Assembly (NCBI GenBank): GCA_002633005.1
Contig: NMRA01000244.1
Coordinates: forward strand, 382,547 to 446,546
Origin: Phoronis australis
Taxonomy: Eukaryota > Animalia > Phoronida
DNA length: 64,000 nucleotides
Direction: 5' to 3'
Shown one piece after another: positions 63,801 through 64,000 of this stretch. Under the pieces are notes generated by a model. The model had not been told where the DNA came from and did no database searches. It worked only from the letters and a program-made list of their open reading frames with translations. Each line of letters opens with the position of its first letter. The first letter of the stretch is position 1. The translations under genes and the position numbers were made by a program.

Positions 63801-63916
63801 TTTTCGTTATGAAGCACTAATTCAAAGTGCTACTACAGCTGCACTCACTTGAAGCACATTGACTTGAGTCCATGGTTATAGAACGAGTAAGCCTTCATGT
63901 ACATCTCCCTGGTGGG
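48800..63916 (-). CDS. FBXL13: F-box and leucine-rich repeat protein 13 / dynein regulatory complex subunit 6, 5'-partial (18 exons, 685 aa in window)
   Basis: Exons 63916-63849, 63485-63331, 62454-62345, 59677-59573, 58371-58276, 57791-57766, 56333-56171, 55523-55423, 55026-54897, 54420-54316, 53619-53499, 53078-52916, 52105-51986, 51304-51040, 50778-50698, 50304-50222, 49883-49803, 48884-48800 join in phase (2058 nt). FBXL13-like motifs recognised from memory: PTREMYMKAYSFY, F-box DISMMPRKVAIKIFSYV, NLQYLSLAYCKKFTNKG...KLIYLDLSGCTQ, LTVLNLADCVR, CHYLRCLDISGC, C-terminal EYNDDDIPPWFGY. Confidence 0.93.
48968..49531. mobile_element. PIF/Harbinger-type MITE in the last FBXL13 intron
   Basis: TIR GGGCTGTTCCAG(C/T)AAAATCTGT(G/A)TGGG; TTA target duplication. 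Confidence 0.82.
49803..49883 (-). CDS. FBXL13: FBXL13 LRR exon
   Basis: DKSLKYLKKGCKKLKKLSLLYCKGVT. Confidence 0.92.
50222..50304 (-). CDS. FBXL13: FBXL13 LRR exon
   Basis: LTDLSVQYLSGVCHYLRCLDISGCILV. Confidence 0.92.
50698..50778 (-). CDS. FBXL13: FBXL13 LRR exon
   Basis: MLTDAAIKNLAFCCRLLNVLNLAGCRL. Confidence 0.92.
51040..51304 (-). CDS. FBXL13: FBXL13 LRR exon
   Basis: CHSLAYLTVNFCEHISEAG...EALDLSHCH. Confidence 0.93.
51986..52105 (-). CDS. FBXL13: FBXL13 LRR exon
   Basis: ISDTGVRYIVESPCGPRLRELNLTNCIRVGDIAVVNIHK. Confidence 0.93.
52916..53078 (-). CDS. FBXL13: FBXL13 LRR exon
   Basis: NQKVTDASLKVIGKHC...LTVLNLADCV. Confidence 0.93.
53499..53619 (-). CDS. FBXL13: FBXL13 LRR exon
   Basis: YVIERCKQLAHISFLGSPLLSDEAFKLLGASRKLRTLKIE. 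Confidence 0.9.
54107..54120 (+). promoter_or_regulatory. CTCF core motif (intronic)
   Basis: CCACTAGAGGGCAC. Confidence 0.45.
54316..54420 (-). CDS. FBXL13: FBXL13 LRR exon
   Basis: LTGEGFKSLCSQDGCTSLTSVVLNEFPALDDTCTT. Confidence 0.9.
54897..55026 (-). CDS. FBXL13: FBXL13 LRR exon
   Basis: YCCNLQYLSLAYCKKFTNKG...LIYLDLSGCTQ. Confidence 0.93.
55423..55523 (-). CDS. FBXL13: FBXL13 LRR exon
   Basis: DETLKHVVEGCTILLYLNISHNHITDGGLRII. Confidence 0.92.
56171..56333 (-). CDS. FBXL13: FBXL13 LRR exon
   Basis: VTDRIATRLLQKCRPYLVHLNLRGC...NIQDLNLSEC. Confidence 0.92.
57766..57791 (-). CDS. FBXL13: FBXL13 26-nt microexon
   Basis: LDFAKIKN; tttttcag/gtcagt; needed to keep phase. Confidence 0.85.
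58276..58371 (-). CDS. FBXL13: FBXL13 exon, F-box
   Basis: IFSYVDISDLARCACVCRSWKVLTTTPSLWTQ; cag/gtgagt. Confidence 0.92.
59573..59677 (-). CDS. FBXL13: FBXL13 exon, start of F-box
   Basis: RLERGEHMDEEE...DDISMMPRKVAIK; tag/gtagga. Confidence 0.9.
60475..60626. repeat. 36-bp minisatellite, about 4 copies
   Basis: Unit AACAATGGGAGAGTTCTACCCCAAAACATGAACCAA. Confidence 0.92.
62345..62454 (-). CDS. FBXL13: FBXL13 exon
   Basis: AFHKIQHVYYVSVCRVIFDAWHDVAMDAKRTREYFE; tag/gtacgg. Confidence 0.88.
62975..63124. mobile_element. hAT-type MITE, 150 bp
   Basis: 12-bp TIR CAGTGCTGTAGT/ACTACAGCACTG; perfect 8-bp TSD CAGCAGTA on both sides. Confidence 0.88.
63331..63485 (-). CDS. FBXL13: FBXL13 exon (W-containing helical N-terminal region)
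   Basis: AWMQYHLRKKEKKE...RHWLVWTQFRKGRQA; tag/gtgagt. Confidence 0.88.
63849..63916 (-). CDS. FBXL13: FBXL13 exon
   Basis: PTREMYMKAYSFYNHGLKSMCF; cag/gtgagt. Confidence 0.85.
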
Positions 63917-63939
63917 CTGGAGAATTAACATTGTCATTA

Positions 63940-63953
63940 GTTGCTATAGAAAC
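63940..63953. promoter_or_regulatory. RFX X-box in an FBXL13 intron
   Basis: GTTGCTATAGAAAC. Confidence 0.4.
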
Positions 63954-64000
63954 AAATTATTCAAAAGTTTCAGAAATCTAAGAGTTTGATTTTAGCATAA

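Noticed and set aside
48800-63916. Nested LRRC17-like gene, as in vertebrate FBXL13 introns
   Set aside because: No plus-strand LRR ORF is visible in the introns present in this window.

Overview
Eukaryotic, intron-rich, AT-rich bilaterian invertebrate genomic DNA. This call rests on GT-AG introns, many CTCF-type motifs and a CpG-depleted gene body. Two spliced minus-strand genes can be rebuilt by hand with consistent intron phases. (1) The 3' 18 exons of FBXL13/DRC6 (F-box + LRR, nexin-dynein regulatory complex subunit) lie at 48800-63916; the 5' end is outside the window. (2) A large uncharacterised gene has 32 exons at 7332-43578 and encodes 2270 aa, or 2373 aa if three further 3' exons down to 999 are used. 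Its product has an N-myristoylation-type start and no signal peptide, followed by seven tandem cupredoxin/plastocyanin-like domains that keep the first His but lack the Cys/His/Met type-1 copper loop, a CHB_HEX_C/Fn3-associated domain, two FN3 domains, a long disordered region and a basic tail with calmodulin-binding-like helices. It has candidate alternative first exons and an RFX X-box upstream, which suggests a ciliary protein. A recurring feature is intronic tandem repeats whose unit is a copy of the adjacent splice junction, seen at about ten junctions in both genes. The window also holds LINE RT relics, hAT/Harbinger/TA-flanked MITEs, ordinary minisatellites, and two duplications joined by single Ns that look like uncollapsed haplotypes. 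All gene models come from manual reading, with no database search.
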